From Callorhinchus milii (Eukaryota), in contig NW_024704743.1 in the NCBI RefSeq assembly GCF_018977255.1, forward strand, positions 81,160,001-81,224,000: a DNA stretch of 64,000 nt, in the 5' to 3' direction. Below the pieces are notes generated by a model. It worked only from the letters and a program-made list of their open reading frames with translations. It was not told the origin of the DNA and did not search any database. The position numbers and the translations under genes are program-made. Positions 63,852-64,000 of the stretch are shown here, one piece after another. Each line of letters opens with the position of its first letter. The stretch's first letter is position 1.

Positions 63852-64000
63852 TATATTGAAAATGAGCGTCAGGACTAGTGCAGGTTCCCAAATTTTTCAA
63901 CGGTATCAAAGTTTTGTGGCTTGTTTTGGATTGTTTATCTTTTTGAAGTAGAACCATTCTTTCTGTGCTAGATTTCATCATCATGGAGAGGAAAATAAAC

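Larger units (their letters stand above)
62207..64000 (+). other. Probable DEPTOR 3' UTR / downstream region; candidate AATAAA at 62988, 63393 and 63994
   Basis: Follows the stop codon. Hexamers are seen directly; which one is used is unknown. Confidence 0.5.

Noticed and set aside
1..64000. Prokaryote-style novel system (retron, CRISPR, defence operon)
   Set aside because: The window is a spliced vertebrate gene; all RT sequences are L2/CR1 LINE-derived.

Overview
Vertebrate genomic DNA, most likely a cartilaginous fish (inferred from DeuSINE/SacSINE1-like, L2 and CR1 repeat content). The window holds one complete protein-coding gene on the + strand, DEPTOR (DEPDC6, an mTOR inhibitor). It has 9 GT-AG coding exons from ATG 11830 to TGA 62206, giving 1194 nt / 397 aa with DEP-DEP-linker(phosphodegron)-PDZ architecture. 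The rest is intronic or intergenic and dense in L2 LINE fragments (three young near-identical copies), CR1 fragments, two tRNA-derived DeuSINE families and small inverted-repeat elements. A 1.65 kb alternating purine-pyrimidine microsatellite lies just upstream of the first coding exon. I found no convincing wholly new gene system. The most notable unexplained structures are: (i) three 84-148 bp local templated duplications copied from 0.7-2.2 kb away, two of them landing inside L2 3' fragments; (ii) a near-identical ~1.9 kb inverted L2 pair bracketing exons 7-8; (iii) a modular tRNA/CORE-like/Deu/L2 SINE. All identities were judged by eye and no searches were run.
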